Assembly: GCA_964627015.1 (NCBI GenBank)
Contig: CAZVGY010000002.1
Span: forward strand, 36,554 to 100,553
Length of the DNA: 64,000 bases
Source of the DNA: an uncultured Desulfobacteraceae bacterium
GTDB taxonomy: Bacteria > Desulfobacterota > DSM-4660 > Desulfatiglandales > Desulfatiglandaceae
Direction: 5' to 3'
Shown: in pieces, positions 38,995 to 49,300 of the stretch
Numbering within the stretch: the first letter of the stretch is position 1
Layout: every line of letters begins with the position of its first letter
Made by a program: the position numbers and the translations under genes
Notes under the pieces: generated by a model
What the model saw: only the letters and a program-made list of their open reading frames with translations
Databases searched by the model: none
What the model was told of the DNA's origin: nothing

Positions 38995-39792
38995 ATGCGA
39001 CGGAATGGACGTTTGAATGACAAAGTTGCAATAATAACGGGCGCTGCGGATGGGATAGGACGAGCAACTGCTTTACTTTTTGCAAGGGAAGGTGCCAGGC
39101 TGGTGCTGGCTGATATAAACAGGGAAGGTCTTGAGGAAAGCATGTCACTGGTCCATAAGCAGGGTGGAAATGGTATTGTCCTGATGACTGACGTATCTGT
39201 CGAGGAGGAAGTCAAGAAGCTTATAGACCTAACATTGGAAACCTGGTCACAAGTGGATATCCTGTGTAATAACGCAGGAATAGTAGGGGATTTGGTTGAT
39301 TTGGAGGTTCAGGATGCCTTCGAATGGCGACGTATCATGGAGGTGAATCTGCTTGGTGCCATGTTTGCTACAAAATACGTAGCCGGGCACATGAAGGAGA
39401 GAAGGCGGGGTGCTATTGTTAACACCGCCTCAGTGGCTGGAATTCGTTCAGGAGCTGGTGGAAACGCTTACAGCGCCAGTAAAGCGGCGCTTATAAATTT
39501 CACAAAAACTTCTGCCTGCGACTTCGGGGCATATAATGTGAGGGTGAATGCGGTTTGTCCGGGTCTGATCGAAACCGGAATGACGAAACCGGTTTTTGAC
39601 TATGCACGTGAGGCAGGCAAGGCCGATAAGCTGGGCAGTCGATGCGAATTGCGACGTTATGGCAAGCCCGAAGAGGTTGCAGCGGCGATTCTTTTTCTGG
39701 CAAGTGATGAAGCGAGTTACATAACAGGCCAGGTTCTGCCAGTAGATGGGGGAAATACTGCATCCCTCAACTTGCCTGGCATGAAGGTATGA
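38995..39792 (+). CDS. Short-chain dehydrogenase/reductase (classical SDR)
   Basis: TGAADGIGRA cofactor motif, NNAG, and catalytic YSASKAA. ATG 38995 has AGGAG 7 nt upstream. The track start at 38770 overlaps the MBL gene and is rejected. Confidence 0.9.
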   Translation: MRRNGRLNDKVAIITGAADGIGRATALLFAREGARLVLADINREGLEESMSLVHKQGGNGIVLMTDVSVEEEVKKLIDLTLETWSQVDILCNNAGIVGDLVDLEVQDAFEWRRIMEVNLLGAMFATKYVAGHMKERRRGAIVNTASVAGIRSGAGGNAYSASKAALINFTKTSACDFGAYNVRVNAVCPGLIETGMTKPVFDYAREAGKADKLGSRCELRRYGKPEEVAAAILFLASDEASYITGQVLPVDGGNTASLNLPGMKV

Positions 39793-39864
39793 GGTAGTCT
39801 TAAATGAAAATAACGAAATTCAAGGTGACTTGGTAATGGTTCGATCTAATGTGCGGACCAGGGC

Positions 39865-41409
39865 CTAAAATTTGGTGGGCCAGTTTGAGAGCAAATGCCT
39901 TCCTATCCCTTGGCTTTTTGAATCACGAATTATTTTTAACACCTCGATCAAGTACTTTCTTGTATCAAGTGGATTTATGATGTCCTGAAGAAAATACGCT
40001 CGGGCAGCCGGGAAGGGTGATGTATCCGCTACCATCTTTTCCATCATCTCTTGCCTTTCCTTTTCAGGTAAACCGCCAAATACCACGTCGGCTGCTATGG
40101 CTGGATCCATGAAACCGAGTTCTGCTGTGGGCCAGGCAACGTTAAAATCAGCACCTACGCCAGGGCCACACATATTAAGGGCCCCCTGCCCAAATGCCTT
40201 TCTGATAACTATAACAATTTTCGGTACAGTAACCTGAAAAAGCGCCTGGATATTATTAACCACCTTGGAACCAACCCTTTTCAGTTCCGCTTCTTTCCCA
40301 GTATGGTGTCCGGGTGTGTCCTCTAAAAATATTATCGGTATGTTGTAGGAATCACAAAGGCACAGAAAGCTAGTATGTTTTTCCAGTGCATCGGTATTTG
40401 TTGCCCCTGCATTTATTAACGGATTGTTGGCTATAATTCCCACAACATGGCCGTTGATTCTGGCTAGACATGTAATGAGCATGTTCCCGAAATTGGGCTT
40501 TAACTCGAAATACTGCCCACCATCCACAATGCATTCTATGATCTTATGCATATCATATGATCGGGTTCTCTTTTCCGGAAAGAAACGGAGGATATCTGTG
40601 ATAAGTTCCCCCGCATTCTCCGGCACAGGCCGGTCAGGTGGAAGTTCAGTGTTGTTAGAGGGCATATAATCCAGAAATTGTCTCAGAATGTTAAGGCAAT
40701 CCTCTTCGTCTTCAGCTATTTTGTCTGACATTCCAGTTATTTCGGAGTGTATTTTCCATCCTCCCATATCCTCAGGAGAACAGGATTCTCCGATCGCTCT
40801 TCCCAGTGCCCTGGGACCTGAGACAGAAATAACACTTCCCTTGACCTGGACTACAAAGTCGGCAACACATGCCTGGAAATCAGCGACGCCATAACATTCA
40901 CCCATGGCCGCCATAAGAAACGGGCACTCCCTAAAATGGGTATACTCAGGGAATAGCGTGTCGGTGCCTCCTCCACCAAGATTGAACACTTTATCCGAAC
41001 CTTGACAGTCGGGCATTCTGGCTCCTCCGGCCTCTCCCAGCCAGATCATAGGAATACCGTATTCACGTGCCTGTTTTTTGAACTGCAGCATTTTTTTGAG
41101 GTTTATCTTTGCATTTGTGGATGCTAAAACGGTGAAATCATTAACAATCAGAGCTACTCTTCGACTGTTTACCAGTCCATAACCACAGATGAGTCCATCA
41201 GCAGGTGTAGTATCCTCCATCCCGGGCTGATCAGAGGTACAGAAGATGCCGAATTCCATAAAAGACCCAGGATCCAGAAGCCTTTCGATACGCTCCCTGG
41301 CGGTCAGTTTACCTTGGTCATGTTGCCTCCTGACCTTTTTAGCTCCTCCCTGCTGTAGAGCTTTATCTCTTTTTGTGTTTAATTCCTGGATGAGTTCTTC
41401 AAGGGCCAT
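39865..41409 (-). CDS. Acyl-CoA carboxylase carboxyltransferase subunit (PccB / transcarboxylase 12S / methylmalonyl-CoA decarboxylase alpha family)
   Basis: 514 aa with an N-terminal QGGAKKVRRQHDQGKLTARERI and two crotonase-like halves (VNDFTVLAST..., GIIANNP...GA). Confidence 0.88.
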   Translation of the reverse strand: MALEELIQELNTKRDKALQQGGAKKVRRQHDQGKLTARERIERLLDPGSFMEFGIFCTSDQPGMEDTTPADGLICGYGLVNSRRVALIVNDFTVLASTNAKINLKKMLQFKKQAREYGIPMIWLGEAGGARMPDCQGSDKVFNLGGGGTDTLFPEYTHFRECPFLMAAMGECYGVADFQACVADFVVQVKGSVISVSGPRALGRAIGESCSPEDMGGWKIHSEITGMSDKIAEDEEDCLNILRQFLDYMPSNNTELPPDRPVPENAGELITDILRFFPEKRTRSYDMHKIIECIVDGGQYFELKPNFGNMLITCLARINGHVVGIIANNPLINAGATNTDALEKHTSFLCLCDSYNIPIIFLEDTPGHHTGKEAELKRVGSKVVNNIQALFQVTVPKIVIVIRKAFGQGALNMCGPGVGADFNVAWPTAELGFMDPAIAADVVFGGLPEKERQEMMEKMVADTSPFPAARAYFLQDIINPLDTRKYLIEVLKIIRDSKSQGIGRHLLSNWPTKF

Positions 41410-41490
41410 TTTGCGTTTTCTCCCTTTGACTTTTTTATTTTAAAGAGACGGGAACGAACCTTTGCTTGTTTTCAGAGCGGGGATCAATCT

Positions 41491-42126
41491 CTAATTTAAA
41501 AGGTTGCTTGGTCCAGCGACTACGTCATTTTGATAAATAGGGTTCTGGATAGAGAGCACATTCGGCGCTTCGGCCTTTATTAGGATATGGATCCCTATCG
41601 GTGCATAAATATAACCGAAGAGACGATTGTCAGGTCCATATATCGCTCCGAGAAATGGTGACAGTTTATTCGGATCCGTTTCCAGTTCAACGGCAATGGA
41701 CCTCAATTTTTCTTTCAAGTCAACTTCTAGGTAGCCGCTACTTATCTCCTTACTTTTTTCTTCTGCGGGACCTTTTAGAATAAATTTCCCGAGCCCAAGA
41801 CTCTCGTCAACTTTTACCCAGTCTTTGGGAACGATGCTCAGACCGTCATCCCGCGGATCAAACAGCAGGGCCATAAAAAGGCCTTCCGATCCTCCGGAAT
41901 ATACTTGGTAGTGTTCGCAATTGTCAATGAGATCTCTAAGGCTCATGTTGGATTTAGCATCAGGCAAAAAACCTATTTGACCGTAATTAGCTAAATAATT
42001 GCAGCCGCTGAGTGCAGGCAGAAGAAGAATACATAGATAAATAGTTACCCATTTGGCCCGCCATAATAAATTTTTCTGGCAGACAACATTTTTTTCTATC
42101 ACCCCTGACACATTTTTTCCTCTCAT
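41491..42126 (-). CDS. Hypothetical lipoprotein
   Basis: Lipobox LPALSGC. I recognise no family, and the start codon is uncertain. Confidence 0.5.
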   Translation of the reverse strand: MRGKNVSGVIEKNVVCQKNLLWRAKWVTIYLCILLLPALSGCNYLANYGQIGFLPDAKSNMSLRDLIDNCEHYQVYSGGSEGLFMALLFDPRDDGLSIVPKDWVKVDESLGLGKFILKGPAEEKSKEISSGYLEVDLKEKLRSIAVELETDPNKLSPFLGAIYGPDNRLFGYIYAPIGIHILIKAEAPNVLSIQNPIYQNDVVAGPSNLLN

Positions 42127-42210
42127 GATTCCTTCCTATCAAAATCTTCCTGGGAGAACGATTAATTTTCTAAGAATCAAAAAAAATGTTCTGGTGATCA
42201 AACACAGTTA

Positions 42211-44631
42211 TTATTTTTTGTTTTTCAGTATTCGAGTGGTTTCAGCAATCTCTTCTGCTGAAACGGAACGCCGGAGTTTTTCTAATCGCAACATGACATC
42301 TGCAAATCTGACACCCTCTGCCGCGCTTATCCATTCGAGTTGGAGACGCTCAGCTCGAATCCCAAGTTTAATCATTTTTTTATGAATTTTTGCGACTCTT
42401 TTTTCTGTCCAGTGGTTTGCGTCTATATAATGACAGTCTCCTATGTGGCAGCCGCTGACCAATATAATCGGTGCTCCCTTAAGAAACCCGTCCCATATGA
42501 ACTTTTCATCCACCCGTCCGGAACACATGGTTCTGATAAGTCGGATGTTAGGAGGATACTGGAGCCTGGAGACACCTGCGTAATCGGCACCGGCGTATGA
42601 ACACCAGTTACAGGCAAAGGCGAGAATTTTTTGCTCTGGTTCTTCCTCTAGTAAGGCATTAACCTGGTTCATTATCTGGGCGTCTGTGAAATGGTTCATT
42701 ATTATGGCGTCAAAGGGGCACTCTGCAGCGCATGTGCCGCACCCGGCACATGCCGCTGTATTAACCACGGCCGGAAGTTTCTTTTTGACATCCACTGTTA
42801 TTGCGTTATATGGACATACTTCCGCACATTTGCCGCAGAATCTGCAATTTTCCGGTATAACCTGGGATGTAATAGGTTCAGAGGTGATCTCTCCACTGTG
42901 CATAAGACGGATAGCACGGGCAGCAGCAGCAGAAGCCTGGGTGACGCTCTCTTTTATATCTTTTGGAGATTCAGCACATCCAGCATAAAAAATGCCACGG
43001 GTTGCAGCATCTACAGGTTGGAGTTTGGGGTGGGCTTCCAGAAAGAAACCATCTGAAGAAAGCTGTAATCCCAGCATCTCCTGTAGCTTTTGTGTGCCTG
43101 GTGCGGGTTTGATCCCCAGGGCCAGTACAAGCATATCCAGTCTGTGTATTTCAAGTTTGCCTGTGGCGGTATTTTCGACTGCAACACGTAAGCTGCCGTC
43201 AGTTTCCTGCTCAACCGTACCAGGCAGGCCCCTGATATAATGCGCCCCAACCCTCCGACTTCTTTTATAAAGGTCTTCAAATCCCTTGCCGAACGCCCTG
43301 ATGTCGATGTAAAAGACCTTCACATCCATGTGAGGATAATGCTCCTTGAGCATCAATGTGCCTTTTATCGTGTTCATGCAGCATATATTGGAGCAGTAAT
43401 CACTACCTTTTCTTGCAGACCGTGATCCAACGCACTGTACGAAGCCAATTGAGCTTGGCCTTTTTCTATCAGTGGGACGGATCAATTCTCCATTGGTTGG
43501 CCCTCCGGCATTAATAAGGCGTTCAAATTCAAGGCTGGTCACGACATTTTCAAAACGCGTGTATCCGTATTCATCGAGTTCAGTAGGATCATAGACCTCA
43601 AGGCCTGTAGCTACGATAATGGACCCGACTTTTTCAGTGATTTCCTCATCGGACATATGAAAATTTATGCAGCCCTTGTCACATGCGTCTATACACTTAG
43701 CGCATACAGCCGGATTATGACCCAGGCATTCATTTATATTTATCACATAAGCAGAAGGGACGGCCTGCGGAAATGGCGTAAAAACAGCTCTACGAGATGA
43801 GAGACCGAGGTTGAATTCATCTGGACGGACAACAGGGCATACTTTGGCGCACTCACCGCATGCGGTGCACTCCTTTTCATCAATATAGCGGGCTTTTTTG
43901 AGTATTCCTACCTCAAAGTTACCAACGTATCCTTTTACACTTTCTATTTCGCTCAAGGTGTAAAGTTTGATCCGGGGATGTCGACCGACATCCGTCATCT
44001 TCGGACCGAGTATTCAGATGGAACAGTCCATGGTAGGAAATGTTTTGTCGAGCTGGGCCATTGTTCCGCCTATCGAAGGCCTCTTCTCTACCAACACTAC
44101 ATCAAAACCATTATCTGCCAGATCCAGAGCAGCCTGTATGCCTGCAATTCCACCGCCTATAACTAAGGCTCTCTTGGTTAGGGGAAGCTTTTCCTCCTGT
44201 AAGGGCTCAAGCAGCTTTACCCGGGATATGGCCATTTTTACCAGATCTGTGGCTTTTTTTGTTGCGGCGCTTGCTTCATTCATGTGCACCCAGCTGCATT
44301 GCTCACGAAGATTGGCCATCTCAAGGAGATAAGGGTTCAGACCTGCTGACTGAAGCATCTGACGGAAGGTAGGTTCATGAAGCCTTGGGGAACAGGAAGC
44401 AACCACCACACGGTCCAGGGAGTATTCTTCTATATCATCTTTTATTTGTTGCTGTCCAGGTTCGGAACATGCATAGACTATATCCTTTGATATAATAACA
44501 TCCTCAATTTGCGCAGCAAATTCAGCTACTTCGTTGCAGTTGACGCTTTGGGCAATGTTGAGGCCGCAATGACATACGTAGACTCCAATTCTGGGGCGCT
44601 CTGGCGGGTAATCAGAATTGTTTGCGAGCAC
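42211..44631 (-). CDS. hdrA: Heterodisulfide reductase subunit A fused to MvhD-like domain; selenocysteine-containing (TGA 44014..44016)
   Basis: Track ORFs 42211..43998 and 44014..44787 share one frame. Read-through gives [30 protein letters not shown], which puts the TGA at the Cys/Sec position known for HdrA. Other features are FAD motif VIGGGIAGIQAALDLA, several 4Fe-4S motifs, and the C-terminal MvhD signature FACNWCSYAGADYAG. The likely start is GTG 44631 (GGAGGG upstream), giving MLANNSDYPPERPRIGVYVCHCG. Confidence 0.88.
43977..43992 (-). promoter_or_regulatory. SECIS hairpin for the hdrA UGA
   Basis: On the mRNA strand the sequence is GAUGUC-GGUC-GACAUC, a 6-bp stem with a GGUC apical loop as in the E. 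coli fdhF SECIS. It starts 21 nt after the UGA. Confidence 0.6.
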
Positions 44632-44675
44632 TTTTCCCTCCGTGTTTCTGTTGATCGCTACTACGTGTTTAAAAT

Positions 44676-46256
44676 CTATTCCCAGCGTATGGTTTTCGTT
44701 ACAACACTGGTGAGATCCATCATATCCATCCTTAGTTCTTCTCCAAAAAACGGATCCTCCATTGCACAGCGCAGATGGATCTGGCATTTTGGACAGGCTG
44801 TTACAAGGAGGTCACTCCCGGTATCTTTGGCCTGTCGAATGCGTTTCATTTGAAGAGCTTTGCTAAAAGAATCACAACCCGTCCACGCACAATTACCACA
44901 ACAGATGGCACTGGCAGCGCTATCCTGCATTTCAGAAAAATCCTGGAGGTTTAACCGGGAAATCAGTTTTCTTGGCAGGTTGGGACGATTTTCAAGCCTG
45001 CTTAATCTGCAGGGATCCTGGAAGGTCAATCTTCGATTCATTTTTTTAAATCCTACAGCCCCTTTATCAATCTCTCTCTCAAGTACATCGAAGATGTGTG
45101 TAACCTTGAAATTAACCTGAACGCCATTTTCCGGGTAGTCGTGGGCAAATGTTCTGTAGCATTCGGGACAGGCAGTTATAAGTTCGCGTATTCCACGTTT
45201 ATGAATCGCCTCTACGTTTAAATTTGCCAGCTTAAGGTAATTTTCCTTATCCCCTGACCAAAGAAGATCATGTCCACAGCAACGTTCGTCTTCAAGTAGT
45301 GCAGGATGGATGTCGAAAAAGTTCAGAAGCCTAAGCCCGTCTACTAATATGCTCCTGGTATGGATCCCCAGGTGCTTTCTAAAAAAAATGTCAAAATATG
45401 GCGCACAGCCGCCGAAAAAAAGGGTCTCACTTTGATTATCGGTTTGTATGTCTTCTGGTAGCCATTCCCAGTGCCTGACTTTCAGGTCGGGAGGGGTCAT
45501 GGTCCGCATCAGCGAATGGAAAAACCCACCGTGAGCCTCAAAGCCTTCTGAACCTGTAATTTTAAGGATATGACGCATGTCTTTTATAAATTCTGGAAAA
45601 TTGACGGCTGAAGGGCACCTGTCATAACAGAGCCCGCATGTGAGACAAGACCAGATGTCTTCACGTACAGAAGAAGAATCCATATTTTTTGTAACTATTG
45701 CATTTGCTATAGCCCTTGGGGAAAAAGGCTTGCCAGCCAGAGTCAAAGGGCATGCTGATGAACATTTTCCGCAGTCCTGGCATGCGTAGACGTCATACTT
45801 GGCTACCACAGAATCAATAAGGCCTTGTATCTCGGTTTCTGATAACCTCTTAGGTTGGGGAGCTATGGGGCTCTTACCTATAGGCTCTATCTCCTCTATA
45901 AATTCTTCAAGAAATTTGAGAAGGCCTTTTGAGTCTTCCGGCATAAAAGTTGCCAGTCGGAGCCGGTTTTTGCCGAGACCGAGAAGGTCAAGTATGCCCC
46001 TTGTGTCTTCAACATTTTCTTCGGCTGTAGATGTCCCCGCACCGTAACGGCAGGTACCCGCTTCGCACCCCACCAGTGCTACTCCATCGGCGCCCATTTC
46101 AAAAGGTTTAAATAAGAGGGCCTTACTTATTCTTCCTGTACAGGGGATTCGGACCATTTTTATTTCAGGTGGGATCCTGGATAAACTGTCCTGAAGCTCC
46201 TGATAGGCAGCATGAGGTCCCCAGTTACAGAGAAAAAGGATAATATTTATGTCCAC
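44676..46256 (-). CDS. MvhD-like + HdrC-like (2x4Fe-4S) + HdrB-like (CCG domains) fusion protein
   Basis: N-terminal LFLCNWGPHAAY...RIPCTGR...VALVGC, ferredoxin motifs CQDCGKCSSACP and CLTCGLCYDRCP, and two CCG-type Cys-rich regions (ERCCGHD..., ICCGNCAWTGC). GTG start. Confidence 0.8.
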   Translation of the reverse strand: MDINIILFLCNWGPHAAYQELQDSLSRIPPEIKMVRIPCTGRISKALLFKPFEMGADGVALVGCEAGTCRYGAGTSTAEENVEDTRGILDLLGLGKNRLRLATFMPEDSKGLLKFLEEFIEEIEPIGKSPIAPQPKRLSETEIQGLIDSVVAKYDVYACQDCGKCSSACPLTLAGKPFSPRAIANAIVTKNMDSSSVREDIWSCLTCGLCYDRCPSAVNFPEFIKDMRHILKITGSEGFEAHGGFFHSLMRTMTPPDLKVRHWEWLPEDIQTDNQSETLFFGGCAPYFDIFFRKHLGIHTRSILVDGLRLLNFFDIHPALLEDERCCGHDLLWSGDKENYLKLANLNVEAIHKRGIRELITACPECYRTFAHDYPENGVQVNFKVTHIFDVLEREIDKGAVGFKKMNRRLTFQDPCRLSRLENRPNLPRKLISRLNLQDFSEMQDSAASAICCGNCAWTGCDSFSKALQMKRIRQAKDTGSDLLVTACPKCQIHLRCAMEDPFFGEELRMDMMDLTSVVTKTIRWE

Positions 46257-46343
46257 TTTATCACCAATTAATAAATTCTGATCAGTACTTTTATTCCGTA
46301 AGAGTAAGTTACAGTTATATTCTTTTCCAACTGCCTTGAATTA

Positions 46344-49300
46344 TCAACCGCCGAGTACTTCTTCAAGAATACGCTCCAGATATGCCTGGTCACGATAGGG
46401 ACTGTCAGCCGCGTTTGACGGGCACACTGAAATACAATTGCCGCAACCCTTACAAAGGGCCTCATCCACTACAGCGTACCATCCTCCTACTGAATTTTTG
46501 CGTAACGTGATAGCTTGATAGTGGCAGACTTGTATACAGCGTCCGCAGCCCCTGCATCGATTCTCGTCTATAACAACCGTATATCCTTTGCTCTGCCTAG
46601 GCCCTCGCGGCATTATCGCAGCCGCAAGTACCGCTGCAGCGGCCCCTTTTTTTCTTTCGGAAACCTTGATTCCAGAGGGATTAGCTACAAAAAGTCCGGA
46701 GATCGGGGTCGCCCCGGGATATAAAAAAGGAATGCCGGCTACTCCATGTTTTTGCATGCTGGAAGCGATGAAGCTGGTAGGCAGGCCCTCCTGAGATATA
46801 TAGGGGATAAGCCGCCTACTTTTTTCACCCAGTATGACACTCCCTACCTGCAGGGCTTGAGAAAAGCCGTTTGATTCGACAAATACCTGGAAATCTCCCA
46901 GGGTTCCACTTATTCCCCTGACACTGGTATCTTCGAAATAATAGATATTTGAATGAGACAAATCCCCGGGTGTCTTTTTGCCTTTAGAGCCGAATTTTAA
47001 AACTTCGATTCCGGCCTGAGCCAGAGTTAGTGCGCTTACTGATGCTGCTTCGGAATCTCCTATTACAGCTGTGGTAAAGTTATATGTCCTCGCCGGCGCG
47101 GGCAGCGCCCTCAATCTTCTGGCCCTTCGGATTGATCTTTCTATTAACCCTTCAAAGCGGGACACGACACAGGCGGGGTCATGCCTCAGGTACTGAAGCA
47201 CTTCCCCTCTGAGATTGCAGGTCTCAACCATAGAGCGGCTTACACCTGTCCCAGTAAAAAGTGCGGTTTTCAGTCGGCTTCTTTGATCTGTGCATGCACT
47301 GCAAACAAAGTCAAGGGGGCAGCACACGCAGGATGCGAGGACAACACGTGTAATACCCTTTTCACGTACGGTCCTGACAATGCCAGCGGAGCCTTCGGGG
47401 ATGCATGCCGAAGGAATAGTTTCGGCATGGACAATATCTCCATTCTCCAGCAGTTGTTCAACGTAATTATCCAGCTCTTTGAGCCACCCCATTGAGTCAT
47501 TGCAGCGGCATATAAAGACCCCAATACGAATTTCAGGCGATAACTCAGGGTCAGGCGGTGAAAATGAGACTCCTCGGCCTTTGGGAAGTTGTGACGTCCC
47601 CCCTAGCAAAATCATCGACTTCGCAGCTGCTGAAAAACCACGAATGACCATTCCATAGACATCAGGTTTTGCCACTTTGGGCCCATATGCCCTGATCACG
47701 TCCTCACCCTTGATCTGGGGGGCTGCATCAGGGTCGGCTATTATTACCACTCCTGCGTGTTCTTTGCTTTCCAGCGGCTGTTCAGAATGGTTTATCGCTC
47801 CTATTGGCTGACAAGCTTCAACGCATAAGTTACACTCGGAGCAGATGCCGCATTGGAGGCATCGTTCAGCCTCCAGCAGGACTTGAGTCTGGCTGAGCCC
47901 CAACGCGACCTCAGAAAAATTGTCTATTCTAGAACTGGGCTGTCTTTCGGGCATTGTTGGTCGGGCAAGGGAAGGAATGTCGCCGGGAATCGGCGGATAA
48001 TCCTTGTCTTCAGGCCTCGAAGGTAGTGTTGAGAATATATCTTCTCCACAAATATATTCATGGATAGAAGCTGCAGCGGCTCTTCCCGTTGCCATGGCTT
48101 CGACTACGGACGAAGGCCCGGAAACAGCATCCCCGGCCGCGTAAACACCAGAGATTCCTGTATAGAATTCTTTATTTACTTTGATAAAGCCCCGGGGAGT
48201 GAGGCTTATTCTGTCTCTATGTCCCTCTTTTTTTGAAAATCCTGCTTGGCCTATAGCCACTATAGCCCGTTCAAACTTTAGTTCAAAGGATTCACTCCCG
48301 GGGATTAACACAGGCCACGGTATTCCGTTGCTATCGGGTTCCCCCGGTTTGGTGGGCTTACAGCGCAGGTGGTCCAGCTTCCCGTTTTGTCCTGAAAAGG
48401 ATATTACTTGTGTCCGGTCTTTGACGGTAATCCCTTCCTCTCTAGCCCCTCTGATTTCCTCTTTGTCCGCCGGAATAAGGTCTTCGGGAAACCAGGACAA
48501 AATCGTAACGCTGGCACCCAGACGCTTGAGAACTCGAGCCAGGTCGAATGCCGCGTTGCCGTCGCCGATGACAGCTACGTTTTGTTTTATTTTCAAAGGT
48601 TTTTCGTGGTAAAGGCTGGTAAGGAAACTCAGACAGCCCTCTACACCCTCTAAATCTTCTCCCTGGATGCCCATCTTACGGTCTGTCCAAATACCGACAG
48701 TTAGCAGGACAGCATCAAATTCCTTTTTCAGTCTTTCAAGGTCCTCCATTATATTTATTTTACGAGAGGTTATGAATTGGACGCCTATCACTCTAATATA
48801 ATCGAGTTCATGGTCAAGGATTTCCCTGGGGAGACGGTGCGGGCCTATGCCGTAACGGAGCAACCCTCCAGTCATGGCTTCTTTCTCAAAAACCGTTACC
48901 ATATATCCAAGACGAGCCAGGTCTCCTGCTGCGGCGAGCCCGGCGGGCCCTGAACCTATTACAGCAATTTTTTCCGTCTTTTGAGGTGTTTTTACCTCTT
49001 TGGAATTGTGAGGATGGCTGAGCTCAAAGTCTGCCAGAAAACGCTTGATATCTTTAATAGCAATGGCTTCATCAAGCTCTCCCCGTCTGCATACCTCTTC
49101 ACAAGGATGTGTGCATACTCTGCCGCAGATACCGGGCAAAATGTTGTCACGGCGGACTGTTTCAAGAGCCTCATGAAAACGACCAGCTCGAGTCAGAGCC
49201 ACATAAGCTTGCACATTAACTCCGAGGGGACAATTAGACTGGCATGGGGGTGTACGCCTTTTATCTATAACAGGTCGGCCTGGCAGGCTCCTTCTATCAT

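Noticed and set aside
44632-44787. N-terminal 52 codons of track ORF 44014..44787 (MPDPSALCNGGSVFWRR...).
   Set aside because: This stretch overlaps the 3' end of the upstream hdrCB-like gene and does not resemble HdrA. GTG 44631, with GGAGGG upstream, gives the canonical HdrA N-terminus (IGVYVCHCG).
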